64,000 nucleotides of DNA, taken from positions 50,748 through 114,747 of the forward strand of contig NZCN01000001.1 of NCBI GenBank assembly GCA_002688315.1. The letters run 5' to 3'. The DNA is from Candidatus Woesearchaeota archaeon (GTDB lineage: Archaea > Nanobdellota > Nanobdellia > Woesearchaeales > UBA10216). Under the pieces are notes generated by a model that saw nothing but the letters and a program-made list of their open reading frames with translations, was not told where the DNA came from and made no database searches. Shown in pieces: positions 1-8,558 of the stretch (position 1 is its first letter; each line of letters opens with the position of its first letter). The translations under genes and the position numbers were made by a program.

Positions 1-435
1 GTAGTGGAAATAGACGGAACTGATTCCAGCGATAAAATAATCCGAATGGTTAAAAAAAGCAAATTCTATTCCCAGCTAAGAGCAATAATGCTGAAAGGCA
101 TTGCAATGGGTGGATTTAATTTGATTGATATTGAAAAAGTAAGCAAGAAAACAAAGATACCTGTGATTGTAGTTATGAGGCGGCTGCCTGACCAAAAAAG
201 AATTGCAAGAATTCTTACTAAACTAGGAAAAAAACGCAGAGTTAATCTGATGGAAAAAGCAGGAAAAATAAACAAAGCAGGAATTCTATACATTCAATAC
301 AGCGGAACAACACTTGCAAAAGCAAAAGAGATAGTTAAAATCAGCTGCACTCGCAGCAACATTCCAGAGCCAATCAGAGTAGCGCACTTAATGGCTAGCG
401 GAGTAAAACTAGGGCAAAGTAGAGGGAAAGTTTAA
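1..435 (+). CDS. DUF99/UPF0215-family protein, 5' end outside window
   Basis: Frame-1 ORF is open from the window edge to the stop at 433-435. The GIAMGGFNLIDI...IPVIVVMRRLPD core resembles archaeal DUF99 proteins (recognition from memory). Confidence 0.5.
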   Translation, partial: VVEIDGTDSSDKIIRMVKKSKFYSQLRAIMLKGIAMGGFNLIDIEKVSKKTKIPVIVVMRRLPDQKRIARILTKLGKKRRVNLMEKAGKINKAGILYIQYSGTTLAKAKEIVKISCTRSNIPEPIRVAHLMASGVKLGQSRGKV

Positions 436-456
436 TTTCTTTATTACTATTAAGTT

Positions 457-480
457 GTAACAAATCGAAAGGTTTATATA
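457..480 (+). promoter_or_regulatory. Archaeal BRE/TATA promoter with extended upstream match (GTAACAAATcGAAAGGTTTATATA)
   Basis: TTTATATA at 473-480 is preceded by purine-rich GAAAGG, about 41 nt upstream of ATG 521. A near-identical 24-mer occurs at 43282-43305. Confidence 0.55.
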
Positions 481-520
481 CTAGTGCGTTTCATACACTC
501 AATACATAAAGGGGATACAA

Positions 521-1368
521 ATGGATGAAAAACAATTAGCGACAACTGAAGAAACTTTTAAACGATTCGAAGGTGCCCATAGTGGTGCAGATATATTTAG
601 CCCAAGACAATTAGATAAGATAACCTTGAAGAGTTCTTTACACGTTTAGAAAATGCCTTTGGCGTGAATGCTGCCAAAACAGAGGAGGAATTAGGCCGCA
701 CAGTAAGATATCTTGAGGATGATAATAATATAGCAGCAAGAGCTTCATATCAACTAGCACTTGATAAATTATCTGATGCCAGAGCCTTAATAGGAAGCAA
801 TACCGAAAAGCAAGATACATATTCGGATTTGGTCCAAACTGCAGTTGACATTGGAATAAACGTAATTGAATTTGGACAGGAAAGACTGGATGATGAAGTT
901 GCTACTCTTACAACTATGAAAGATCTTTATCTTGATAGTATTGAAAGACAATATGGGCCTGATGGAGCCTCAAGCGCTTCTAAAAAGGAACATCGCAAAC
1001 TAGGATCAAAAATAGCAAGATTTGCTTCTCTTCCTGAAAAGGACGCTCGTTTACGAGAACATATACTGTCTGAATTTGCTTTTATTGCAAGTGATCCAAG
1101 ATTAAATGATGCAGAATATGTGCAACAAAAAATTGAAGGAATTGAAACTTCCACGGAAGGTCTTGAGCAACTACAACATGATGCCTTCTTTATGGGTAGA
1201 GATGCAGTGGAAGCATGTTATGCTCTTAAGGATGAGCGTGAAGCAATGGATCGTGAGATAAGCGCTCAACTAGATGCAGACATTGCTGAGACAGTTCGAC
1301 GTTCTTTAGCTACTCTGGAAAGAGGAAGAGAATTACACAGAGCATTTGAAGCTTCTTATGATGCTTAA
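521..1368 (+). pseudogene. Orphan acidic helical protein interrupted by a -1 frameshift (ATG 521 frame 2, stop 647-649; continues in frame 1 from 619 to 1368)
   Basis: GGGGA Shine-Dalgarno-like motif lies 6 nt before ATG 521. The 42-codon leader ORF reads MDEKQLATTEETFKRFEGAHSGADIFSPRQLDKIT. Frame 1 continues ..NLEEFFTRLENAFGVNAAKTEEEL into track ORF 664-1368. The two frames overlap at 619-647. Confidence 0.5.
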
Positions 1369-1545
1369 TAATGCATAAATCAAATTATTCATAAAAATTT
1401 TCAACTTTTCCGCAAATCTTCTCAAAGCTTTATAAACCGATTGAAGGATTTCCGAAATAGTTGTAGGTATTTTCAATTTCTCTGAAAATCTTGCGGATTT
1501 TTCTGGCTAAAACATATTAAGAATGAAAATAATAAAAGAAAACGT

Positions 1546-1660
1546 GCCGGCCTTGGCTAATCTGGTTTGCCGCTAAGTCTGAAACCTTAGTGTCTGTAAG
1601 GACTTTGGGGTTCAAATACTTTTCGGTTTTGCCGTTAGGTTGGAATTCCTCAGGCCGGCG
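1546..1660 (+). tRNA. Class-II tRNA, probably tRNA-Ser(UGA)-like, with a ~30-nt insert in the T-loop and an 8-nt anticodon loop
   Basis: Acceptor stem is GCCGGCC (1546-1552) paired with GGCCGGC (1653-1659); discriminator is G. D arm is GGC/GCC with a TAATCTGGTTT loop. Anticodon hairpin is CTAAG-TCTGAAAC-CTTAG (1573-1590). The variable arm is long. T stem TGGGG (1606-1610) pairs with CCTCA (1648-1652) only if 1618-1647 is removed after the TTCAAAT loop. Confidence 0.6.
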
Positions 1661-1689
1661 CGTTAAAAAAGAGAAAGGTGATAAAATTG

Positions 1690-3027
1690 ATGAAAAGAAT
1701 ATTTTTGCAACTAATGATGTTTTTAATTATAATCGAAGCAGTTACAGCAGCGGATAATATAATGATAACCCAAATTCTTTACGACCCTATGAATTCAGAA
1801 GCTGGTGGAGAGGCTGTAGAACTATTTAACCCGACTTCGAGCGCAATTGATATTTCTGGCTGGTTATTGGCTACAGAAACCTCTTCAACAGATGCTACAT
1901 TGCCTGCAAATACTATTGTTGGCAGTGGCAATTATTTTTTGGTAACAGATGCTGGCTGGAGTGTTAGCAAAGACGATGTCTCATGGCCGGAATCAGATTA
2001 TGAAGAAATTATGACACTTACAAATACAGACGCTGGCATTGCATTAATCAATGGAACAAATACAATTGATTCTGTTGGATGGGGAACTGCATTGAATATT
2101 GGAGCTGGACTTTACGAAGGAATTCCCCACGGAGGAAGCTCTGCAGGAGAATCTTTGGTTAGAGTAAAAAACGGAAGTATTTATGTTGACACTAATAATA
2201 ATCTAAATGATTTCACAGCAGCAACTCCTAATTTTCATAACAGCAGCTTTGGTAATGCTGGGCAGAGTAATAGCGAAATAATTGTGATGGCAATGGTGGA
2301 AGGCTCTTTTCCTGTGATAAATTCTTTCACGATTTTGACAGATGATGATTCAAACAGTGCAGGAATACAAATCAATCCTGTGCCTAAGCAAAACAAAACT
2401 GTTGAAATGGAAACTGTTGTGACGCATTATAGCGGTAATGATTATGTAAGCAGTGTTGCGATAACTGTTGATGGAATTAATTTTGATATGGTTAAACAAT
2501 CAGAACTAAACAGTACATCTTCTTTATACAATGCAGAATTTAACATGAGCTATTACGATTCTGCAGGAAACTACGCAGTTGATTTAATTGTTACTGATAA
2601 TGGAAACTTTTCTGTTAACTCTTCAAAAAGTTTTGAATATTCAAGCTTAATAGCAATGGAGCTGGATACAAATAGCTTGCAATTTTCAGCAATGCCTGGA
2701 ATGAGTTCTGAGCTGATAGGGGATAATGATTTAGCGAATACAAACCTAACTATACAGAACACAGGAAATTCAGCATTGGATATGGAATTATCTGGAACAA
2801 ATCTCACTACAAGCAATGATGTTATAGAAGTAAGCAATATTCAATACACCTTTAATGGAGACTACAACAACAGCCTGGCAGGAACGCTTTCTTATTCCAA
2901 ACAAGCAAAACAACTTGGTATGGACGCAGCATCGGTTATGCCGCTGTCATTTAAGTTAAATGTTCCGACAGCAACTGCTCCTGGTAATTACACAGGAACA
3001 ATAACTTTGATAGCGGTGAAATCATGA
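1690..3027 (+). CDS. Secreted surface protein with an N-terminal lamin-tail (LTD) domain and Ig-like/CARDB-like repeats
   Basis: AGGTGAT SD lies 8 nt before ATG 1690. There is a signal-like N-terminus MKRIFLQLMMFLIIIEAVTA. ITQILYDP...GEAVELFNPT..IDISGWLL...GNYFLV matches the LTD pattern. The track ORF starts at GTG 1678. Confidence 0.65.
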   Translation: MKRIFLQLMMFLIIIEAVTAADNIMITQILYDPMNSEAGGEAVELFNPTSSAIDISGWLLATETSSTDATLPANTIVGSGNYFLVTDAGWSVSKDDVSWPESDYEEIMTLTNTDAGIALINGTNTIDSVGWGTALNIGAGLYEGIPHGGSSAGESLVRVKNGSIYVDTNNNLNDFTAATPNFHNSSFGNAGQSNSEIIVMAMVEGSFPVINSFTILTDDDSNSAGIQINPVPKQNKTVEMETVVTHYSGNDYVSSVAITVDGINFDMVKQSELNSTSSLYNAEFNMSYYDSAGNYAVDLIVTDNGNFSVNSSKSFEYSSLIAMELDTNSLQFSAMPGMSSELIGDNDLANTNLTIQNTGNSALDMELSGTNLTTSNDVIEVSNIQYTFNGDYNNSLAGTLSYSKQAKQLGMDAASVMPLSFKLNVPTATAPGNYTGTITLIAVKS

Positions 3028-3527
3028 AGCCGTTTTTTTTGTTTTTTATTTTGTTAATTACTGTAATGGAAGCAAATGCTGCAGGCATAGGAATTGCACC
3101 TGCAGAACTAAATTTTAATCTTGAGAAAGGAAAAAAACAGCAAAAAGAATTAACAGTTTATAATCTTGAAAACCACGAAGTAGACTTTAATGTTTACAGC
3201 AATGCAAATTTTCTTGAATTTTCCTATAACGGCATTGTTGAAGGCAATGGAATGGAAAAAATAATTGTAGAAGCAAATGCTGAAAAACTTAAAGAAGGAC
3301 AATACGAAAAACACATTTACATAACTGCTTCAAACGGAGCTTCCGGAATAAAACTGAACCTTGGAACAGCGGTGAAGGTAAATGTGCAAGTGTTCAAAAT
3401 AAATAAACTAAATACGATTGTCGGAATTCTAACTACTTTTGCCATAATTGTTTTAGGGATGTTAGCGTATTTGACTGCAACTAAAATCAAACTATCAGAA
3501 ATTATAAGAAAAGCAGTAAACTACTGA
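3024..3527 (+). CDS. Secreted protein with a C-terminal TM anchor, function unknown
   Basis: ATGA start/stop overlap with the upstream LTD gene. It has an N-terminal signal peptide and a C-terminal hydrophobic helix (IVGILTTFAIIVLGMLAYL). Confidence 0.6.
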   Translation: MKPFFLFFILLITVMEANAAGIGIAPAELNFNLEKGKKQQKELTVYNLENHEVDFNVYSNANFLEFSYNGIVEGNGMEKIIVEANAEKLKEGQYEKHIYITASNGASGIKLNLGTAVKVNVQVFKINKLNTIVGILTTFAIIVLGMLAYLTATKIKLSEIIRKAVNY

Positions 3528-5263
3528 TAATAAAGCTTCCCGGATTCCCGCTGCTCCTTATCAAGCCTTGAATCAGACTTGTTTATTCTTGGCCGAGAAC
3601 TGTCAGGGTCTCTTCTTAACGTAATGTTAAGATTAGTGAGAAAACGATTCATGCCTTCTTCCATTGGAAAAGCTCCATTGACAGAGCCGTGCTTTGCAGG
3701 CTCTCCTTCAAAAACAATAAGACTGTCAGAAAGATAATCGATGAAAACCAAATCGTGCTCAACAACCAAAGCAGTTTTTCCAAACTGTTCCATGCGCTCA
3801 CGAATAACTTTGGAGATTATTAAGCGTTGTTCAACATCAAGGTAAGCAGAAGGCTCATCCAAAAGGTAAAGATCAGCATCTTTTGAAAGGCAATCAGCTA
3901 TTGCAACTCGCTGCAGCTCTCCGCCGGATAATTTATTGATTTCTTTCTTCATTAGCGGCTCAAGATTTAATTGCTTGGAAAGAAGTTCATCAACATTAAG
4001 ATAAGACTCAACAAGCTCATCAGAATTAAATCCTAAATATTGAGGTTTGTAAGAAACTTTAACTTTACTGCTTATGCTGCCGCTGTCAGGATTTTCAACA
4101 CCTGCAATAAGCTTTACAAAAGTTGTCTTTCCTATACCATTAGGTCCAAGAATTCCAACAACACTCTTTTTTGAAATATCTCCTGAAGAAGCTGTTAGCT
4201 TAAAATCACCTAGTTTTTTGCCAACATCTTTCCAAGAGATTAGCGGTTCTGTTCTAATAAGTCTATCAGGAGGCCGTTCTGTAAACTTGATTTCATGATT
4301 CCTAAAGCGCACATTTTCTTCTTTCAAATAACCGGATAAGTAAGCATTGATGGCATTTCTTGTTGGTTTTGCTTGGCTGACAATACCATAAGCGCCAGCT
4401 TCTCCATACATTACATGAATGAAATCTGCCATGTAATCCAAAATCACCAGGTCGTGCTCAACAACCACTACAGCAGTGCTTTCATTAGCTAAACTGCGAA
4501 TGAATTTGCTTACATTGATTCTCTGGGATATATCAAGGAAAGAGCTTGGTTCGTCAAAGAAATAAACATTTGCATCTTTTAATGCAGCAGCTGCTATTGC
4601 AACTCGCTGCAGCTCCCCGCCAGATAATTCTTTTATTTCGCTGTTAAGAATGTTTGTAAGATCTAATCTCTTAGCAATATCAGATAATTGTCTTTTCTCA
4701 TCAGCTTTCTCAAGCAATTCTTTAACTTTTCCTGAAAACTGCTTTGGAATAAGGTCAACAGCCTGCGGCTTGTAAGAGATTTTTATCTTCCCTTCACTAA
4801 GCCTTTCAAAAAATAACTGAGCTTCACTTCCCTTGAAATACTGCAATAATTCTGAAAAGTCGCTTTTCTCCTTTCCAAGATTAGGCTGGAGAACCCTTGA
4901 CAGGACTTTTACTGCCGTGCTTTTTCCAATGCCATTAACTCCAAGAATTCCAGTAACACTTCCAAACTTAGGAGTAGGCAACCTGTAAAGAATAAACCCG
5001 TCCTTTCCATAGCGATGGACTGGCTGCGAAGCAAGCTTAGCAGGGAGCTTAATCATGTGAATGGCGCTAAAAGGGCACTTTTTTACTGTAACTGATTCTG
5101 CATCAGTGCAAACATCCTCGTTAACCTGCGCTTTTCCATCAGGCCCAACCACAAAGACTTCATTACCCATTCGATTGCCAGGGCTAACCCTAATGCACAA
5201 GTAGCCTCCGCAACCTTCTGGATTGCACTTTTCCTTTTCAATAACTGCTATTCTCTTTTCCAT
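3521..5263 (-). CDS. abcE1: ABCE1 / RNase L inhibitor-type ribosome recycling ATPase with a degenerate N-terminal Fe-S domain
   Basis: N-terminus has CNPEGCGGYLC...KKCPF. There are two ABC cassettes (GVNGIGKST, GPNGIGKTT; LSGGELQRVAIA appears twice). Confidence 0.9.
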   Translation of the reverse strand: MEKRIAVIEKEKCNPEGCGGYLCIRVSPGNRMGNEVFVVGPDGKAQVNEDVCTDAESVTVKKCPFSAIHMIKLPAKLASQPVHRYGKDGFILYRLPTPKFGSVTGILGVNGIGKSTAVKVLSRVLQPNLGKEKSDFSELLQYFKGSEAQLFFERLSEGKIKISYKPQAVDLIPKQFSGKVKELLEKADEKRQLSDIAKRLDLTNILNSEIKELSGGELQRVAIAAAALKDANVYFFDEPSSFLDISQRINVSKFIRSLANESTAVVVVEHDLVILDYMADFIHVMYGEAGAYGIVSQAKPTRNAINAYLSGYLKEENVRFRNHEIKFTERPPDRLIRTEPLISWKDVGKKLGDFKLTASSGDISKKSVVGILGPNGIGKTTFVKLIAGVENPDSGSISSKVKVSYKPQYLGFNSDELVESYLNVDELLSKQLNLEPLMKKEINKLSGGELQRVAIADCLSKDADLYLLDEPSAYLDVEQRLIISKVIRERMEQFGKTALVVEHDLVFIDYLSDSLIVFEGEPAKHGSVNGAFPMEEGMNRFLTNLNITLRRDPDSSRPRINKSDSRLDKEQRESGKLYYQ

Positions 5264-5313
5264 AGAAATAAGATATGGCTCTTGATATTTAAATTCTCGG
5301 TTACTGAAGAGTT

Positions 5314-5688
5314 TTACTGCGGTTTCTTTTTCAGTTCATAATTGTATGTAAAATGACCTGCTATAGCACCTAGTAGAACAATACCCGCATCTACAAAGTC
5401 AAAATTAGCAGGAATAAAAAAGTTTAAAATACCATACCCAAGAATTACGGATACCCCTCCAAGAGCCACACAGGCTATACCTAAATTTAATCCGTCTAAT
5501 ACAACACATTTTTTATTTCCTTTAATCAGCATATGAGCAGCTACTACGCCAGCAATACCTGCAAGAGCAAATGGAATAAACGTGCGGTTATCCAAAAATT
5601 GTGATATTAATATTGGAAAACCGCTAAAGATTAAAGCACCTAAAACTACTCCAAAAATACCATACAATATAAGTCCAAGTTTTTTCAT
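5314..5688 (-). CDS. Small integral membrane protein (about 4 TM), unknown function
   Basis: 124-aa ORF, hydrophobic almost throughout, Gly/Ala/Ile/Leu-rich. Confidence 0.5.
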   Translation of the reverse strand: MKKLGLILYGIFGVVLGALIFSGFPILISQFLDNRTFIPFALAGIAGVVAAHMLIKGNKKCVVLDGLNLGIACVALGGVSVILGYGILNFFIPANFDFVDAGIVLLGAIAGHFTYNYELKKKPQ

Positions 5689-5786
5689 GTTAAATATGAA
5701 TGATAAACTGTTATATAAAAATTATACTGCTCTCTTTATGAAACGTCTCACAAGGTTTTTAAACCGTTTCCTGCTTCTCTCGTAGT

Positions 5787-6653
5787 ATGAAAAAGACATT
5801 AATAGACGATATTGGCATTCTTCTTTTGAAGCATGGGTTTACTGTAAAGAGTTTGCGAAGCGGCAGTTTTGATTTGGTTGCGAGAAAAGACATTACTATA
5901 CTCTTGATAAAAATTCTTGAAGATGCAAACAGCATAAGCAAAGAGTATGCAGAAGCAATGAGAAAAGTCAGCGGCTATATTGATGCTGCGCCTATTGTTA
6001 TAACAAAAAAAGCAGGCAGTTATCTTGAGGATGGTGTTGTTTATTCCAGATTCGGAGTTTACACGCTTAACCGCAATACTTTTCAAAGCACTTTGGAAAA
6101 CAGGTTTCCATTCATACTCAGCAGCAAAGCAGGACTCACAGCAGCTGTTGTTGGAGAGAAATTAAAGCAAAAACGCGAAGAATCAGGCTTGTCGCTTGGC
6201 GAAATTTCAAGAAAAGTCGGAGTTTCAAAAAGAATGATTTCAAAATATGAATCAGGGCTTGCTGATGTTTCAGTCAATAAAGCAGTTTCTCTTTACAAAA
6301 TGTTTGGCAGCGGAATATTCAGGAAAGTGGATGTGTTCCAGAGCTGGAAAAGCTTCCCAGAATTAAGAAAATCAACAGTTGCTGGAAAATACACTGATTT
6401 AGGGTTTGAAGCTGACGACACAAAGAAAGTTCCATTTGACGTTATTGCGAAAAAAGACAAGGAAATCATTTTGACTGAAGTGGGAGATAAAAGAAACCCG
6501 CAGCTGCAGCCATTGCAGAAACTGATTGAAGCAGACACTTTAATTATCTTCAAGGACAAAAAGCCAAAGAAAGTCCCTGCACTTACAAAGAAAGAATTCC
6601 TGAACTTTGACTCTGCGAAAGAACTGATAAAATTCCTGAAAGAGTTTGAGTAA
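5787..6653 (+). CDS. Conserved archaeal XRE-type HTH transcriptional regulator (COG1395-like)
   Basis: Central HTH is GLSLGEISRKVGVSKRMISKYESG, flanked by N- and C-terminal domains typical of this archaeal family (memory-based). Confidence 0.6.
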   Translation: MKKTLIDDIGILLLKHGFTVKSLRSGSFDLVARKDITILLIKILEDANSISKEYAEAMRKVSGYIDAAPIVITKKAGSYLEDGVVYSRFGVYTLNRNTFQSTLENRFPFILSSKAGLTAAVVGEKLKQKREESGLSLGEISRKVGVSKRMISKYESGLADVSVNKAVSLYKMFGSGIFRKVDVFQSWKSFPELRKSTVAGKYTDLGFEADDTKKVPFDVIAKKDKEIILTEVGDKRNPQLQPLQKLIEADTLIIFKDKKPKKVPALTKKEFLNFDSAKELIKFLKEFE

Positions 6654-6689
6654 AGCTTAAATAGCTAGTATTGTTGCTAATTCTTTATA

Positions 6690-8522
6690 ATGGGCAAGAA
6701 GGAAATCAGTAAAGTAGAGAAATTAGTTCCAGATACTTCTGTTATCATAGAGGGTCTTGTCAGCAAGAAACTTAGCAGTGGAGAATTGGTGGCTAACACT
6801 GTAATCATTCACGAAGCTGTTGTTGCTGAGCTTGAGCACCAGGCTAATGTTAACAAAACTATTGGCTTTCTTGGATTGGAAGAAATTGAAGCAATAAAAA
6901 AAGTTTCTGAAGACAAAAAGTTCAAAGTTGAGTTTGCAGGAATGCGTCCAGGACCTGCTGAGATAAGGCATGCAAGACTTGGAGAAATTGATGCTTTGAT
7001 TAGACAGCTTGCTTATGAGGAAGGCGCAACCTTGTTTACCTCTGATAGAGTTCAGGCTACTGTTGGAAAAGCAAAAAACATGAACTTAATTTTTGTTGAA
7101 GTTGAAAAATTAGTTACTACCCTTAAAATTGAGAAATACTTTGATAACAAAACAATGAGTGTTCATATAAGAGAAAATGTCAAGCCCACAGCAAAAAAAG
7201 GACAGCCAGGAAAATGGGAATTTGTTGTGGTAGGCCAAAAAGAAACAGACCGTGATCAACTTAAAGAAATGAGCAGGGAAATCATTGAAGAAGCAAATGT
7301 CAGGAAAGACGGCTTTGTGGAAATTGAAAGGCAGGGCAGCACAATTGTGCAGGTTGGAAATTTCAGGATAGTTGTTACAAGACCGCCTTTTTCAGATGGA
7401 TGGGAAATAACAGCAGTCAGGCCTGTGAAAAAACTTTCTATGGCTGACTATAAGCTTAGCGATAAGCTTACTAGCCGCATTTCAGAACAGGCAGAGGGAA
7501 TTCTTATTGCAGGGCCGCCAGGGCATGGAAAAACAACAATAGCAAGTGCCTTAGCTGAGCATTACGCAGCTCAAAACAAGATTGTAAAAACAATAGAAGC
7601 GCCTCGCGACCTTATGCTGGCTGACAACATAACTCAGTACAGTCTTGCTCAAGGAACATCGCAGGAAATACACGACATATTACTGCTTTCCAGGCCAGAT
7701 TACACTATTTTTGATGAGATGCGAAACACCAATGATTTCAGACTGTTCAGTGATTTAAGATTAGCAGGCATTGGGCTTGCAGGCGTTGTTCACGCTACCA
7801 ATCCTATTGATGCAATTCAGCGTTTTGTTGGCAGAATTGAGCTTGGAGTAATTCCGCAAGTGGTTGATACTGTTATTTTCATTAAAAATGGCGGAGTTGA
7901 TAAAGTCCTAAGCCTTAAGATGACTGTGAAAGTGCCTGAAGGAATGACAGAAGCAGACTTGGCAAGGCCTGTAGTTGTTGTTACTGACTTTGAAACTGGC
8001 AAAATGGAATATGAACTGTACAGTTATGGCGAGGAAACAGTAGTTATCCCTGTTATTGGTCAGAGCAAAAGCCCTGCGAGGAATCTTGCATCCCAAACAA
8101 TAGCAGATGAGATAAGAGCATACGCTGACAGAGTAGATGTTGAAATGATTTCAGACAACAAATGCGTTGTTTACGTTCCTGAAGAAAGCATGGCCCGAGT
8201 TATTGGAAAAGAAGGCAAAACTATAAACGCTATTGAAAAGAGTCTAGGCGTTTCTATTGATTTGCAGCCTTTAGGAAAAAATCAAAGTAATGAAAACAAT
8301 GGCAGTGATGTTACGTTTCATGCAAAAATAGGAAAAAAGCATGTTGTTTTTGAGGTTGACGAATCATTATCGAACAAAAGCGTGAATATTTACGTTGATG
8401 ATGATTATGTGATGACAGCCCAGGTAGGAAAGAGAGGAATCATAAAATTAAGCAGGAAAAATAAGATTGGAAACATGATTACAGATGCTGTTAACAGTGA
8501 TAGAATAAAGCTTCTTATTTAG
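6690..8522 (+). CDS. PIN-domain / P-loop ATPase / KH-domain protein (COG1855, PilT-family ATPase-like)
   Basis: N-terminal PIN-like LVPDTSVIIEG, Walker A GPPGHGKTT, and a C-terminal KH motif VIGKEGKTINAIEKSLG. Confidence 0.7.
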   Translation: MGKKEISKVEKLVPDTSVIIEGLVSKKLSSGELVANTVIIHEAVVAELEHQANVNKTIGFLGLEEIEAIKKVSEDKKFKVEFAGMRPGPAEIRHARLGEIDALIRQLAYEEGATLFTSDRVQATVGKAKNMNLIFVEVEKLVTTLKIEKYFDNKTMSVHIRENVKPTAKKGQPGKWEFVVVGQKETDRDQLKEMSREIIEEANVRKDGFVEIERQGSTIVQVGNFRIVVTRPPFSDGWEITAVRPVKKLSMADYKLSDKLTSRISEQAEGILIAGPPGHGKTTIASALAEHYAAQNKIVKTIEAPRDLMLADNITQYSLAQGTSQEIHDILLLSRPDYTIFDEMRNTNDFRLFSDLRLAGIGLAGVVHATNPIDAIQRFVGRIELGVIPQVVDTVIFIKNGGVDKVLSLKMTVKVPEGMTEADLARPVVVVTDFETGKMEYELYSYGEETVVIPVIGQSKSPARNLASQTIADEIRAYADRVDVEMISDNKCVVYVPEESMARVIGKEGKTINAIEKSLGVSIDLQPLGKNQSNENNGSDVTFHAKIGKKHVVFEVDESLSNKSVNIYVDDDYVMTAQVGKRGIIKLSRKNKIGNMITDAVNSDRIKLLI

Positions 8523-8558
8523 GAAAATATTTAAAGCTGCTTCTGAATATCAGTTATT

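Noticed and set aside
1345-1368. Similar C-termini of three orphans (..ASYDA, ..DTYDA, ..TIDYA at 1368, 21149 and 10381) as a possible shared sorting or degradation tag.
   Set aside because: Only 2-3 residues are shared, and the other orphans do not have the motif. Chance cannot be distinguished without statistics.
1369-1545. Imperfect ~26-nt direct repeat (TTTTCAACTTTTCCGCAAATCTTCTC / TTTTCAATTTCTCTGAAAATCTTGCGG) and a TCCGCAA/TTGCGGA inverted pair in the spacer upstream of the Ser-like tRNA.
   Set aside because: Identity is about 70 percent in AT-rich sequence, the stem is short, and no ORF or known RNA motif is present. It is probably promoter or terminator sequence; I could not support an ncRNA call.
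1578-1585. The idea that the 8-nt anticodon-loop tRNA suppresses the two frameshifted genes (521 and 43338).
   Set aside because: Quadruplet decoding gives a +1 shift, whereas both genes need -1 (or +2). Neither shift window (619-647, 43358-43364) contains a quadruplet complementary to the UGAA or CUGA readings of the loop (UUCA or UCAG).
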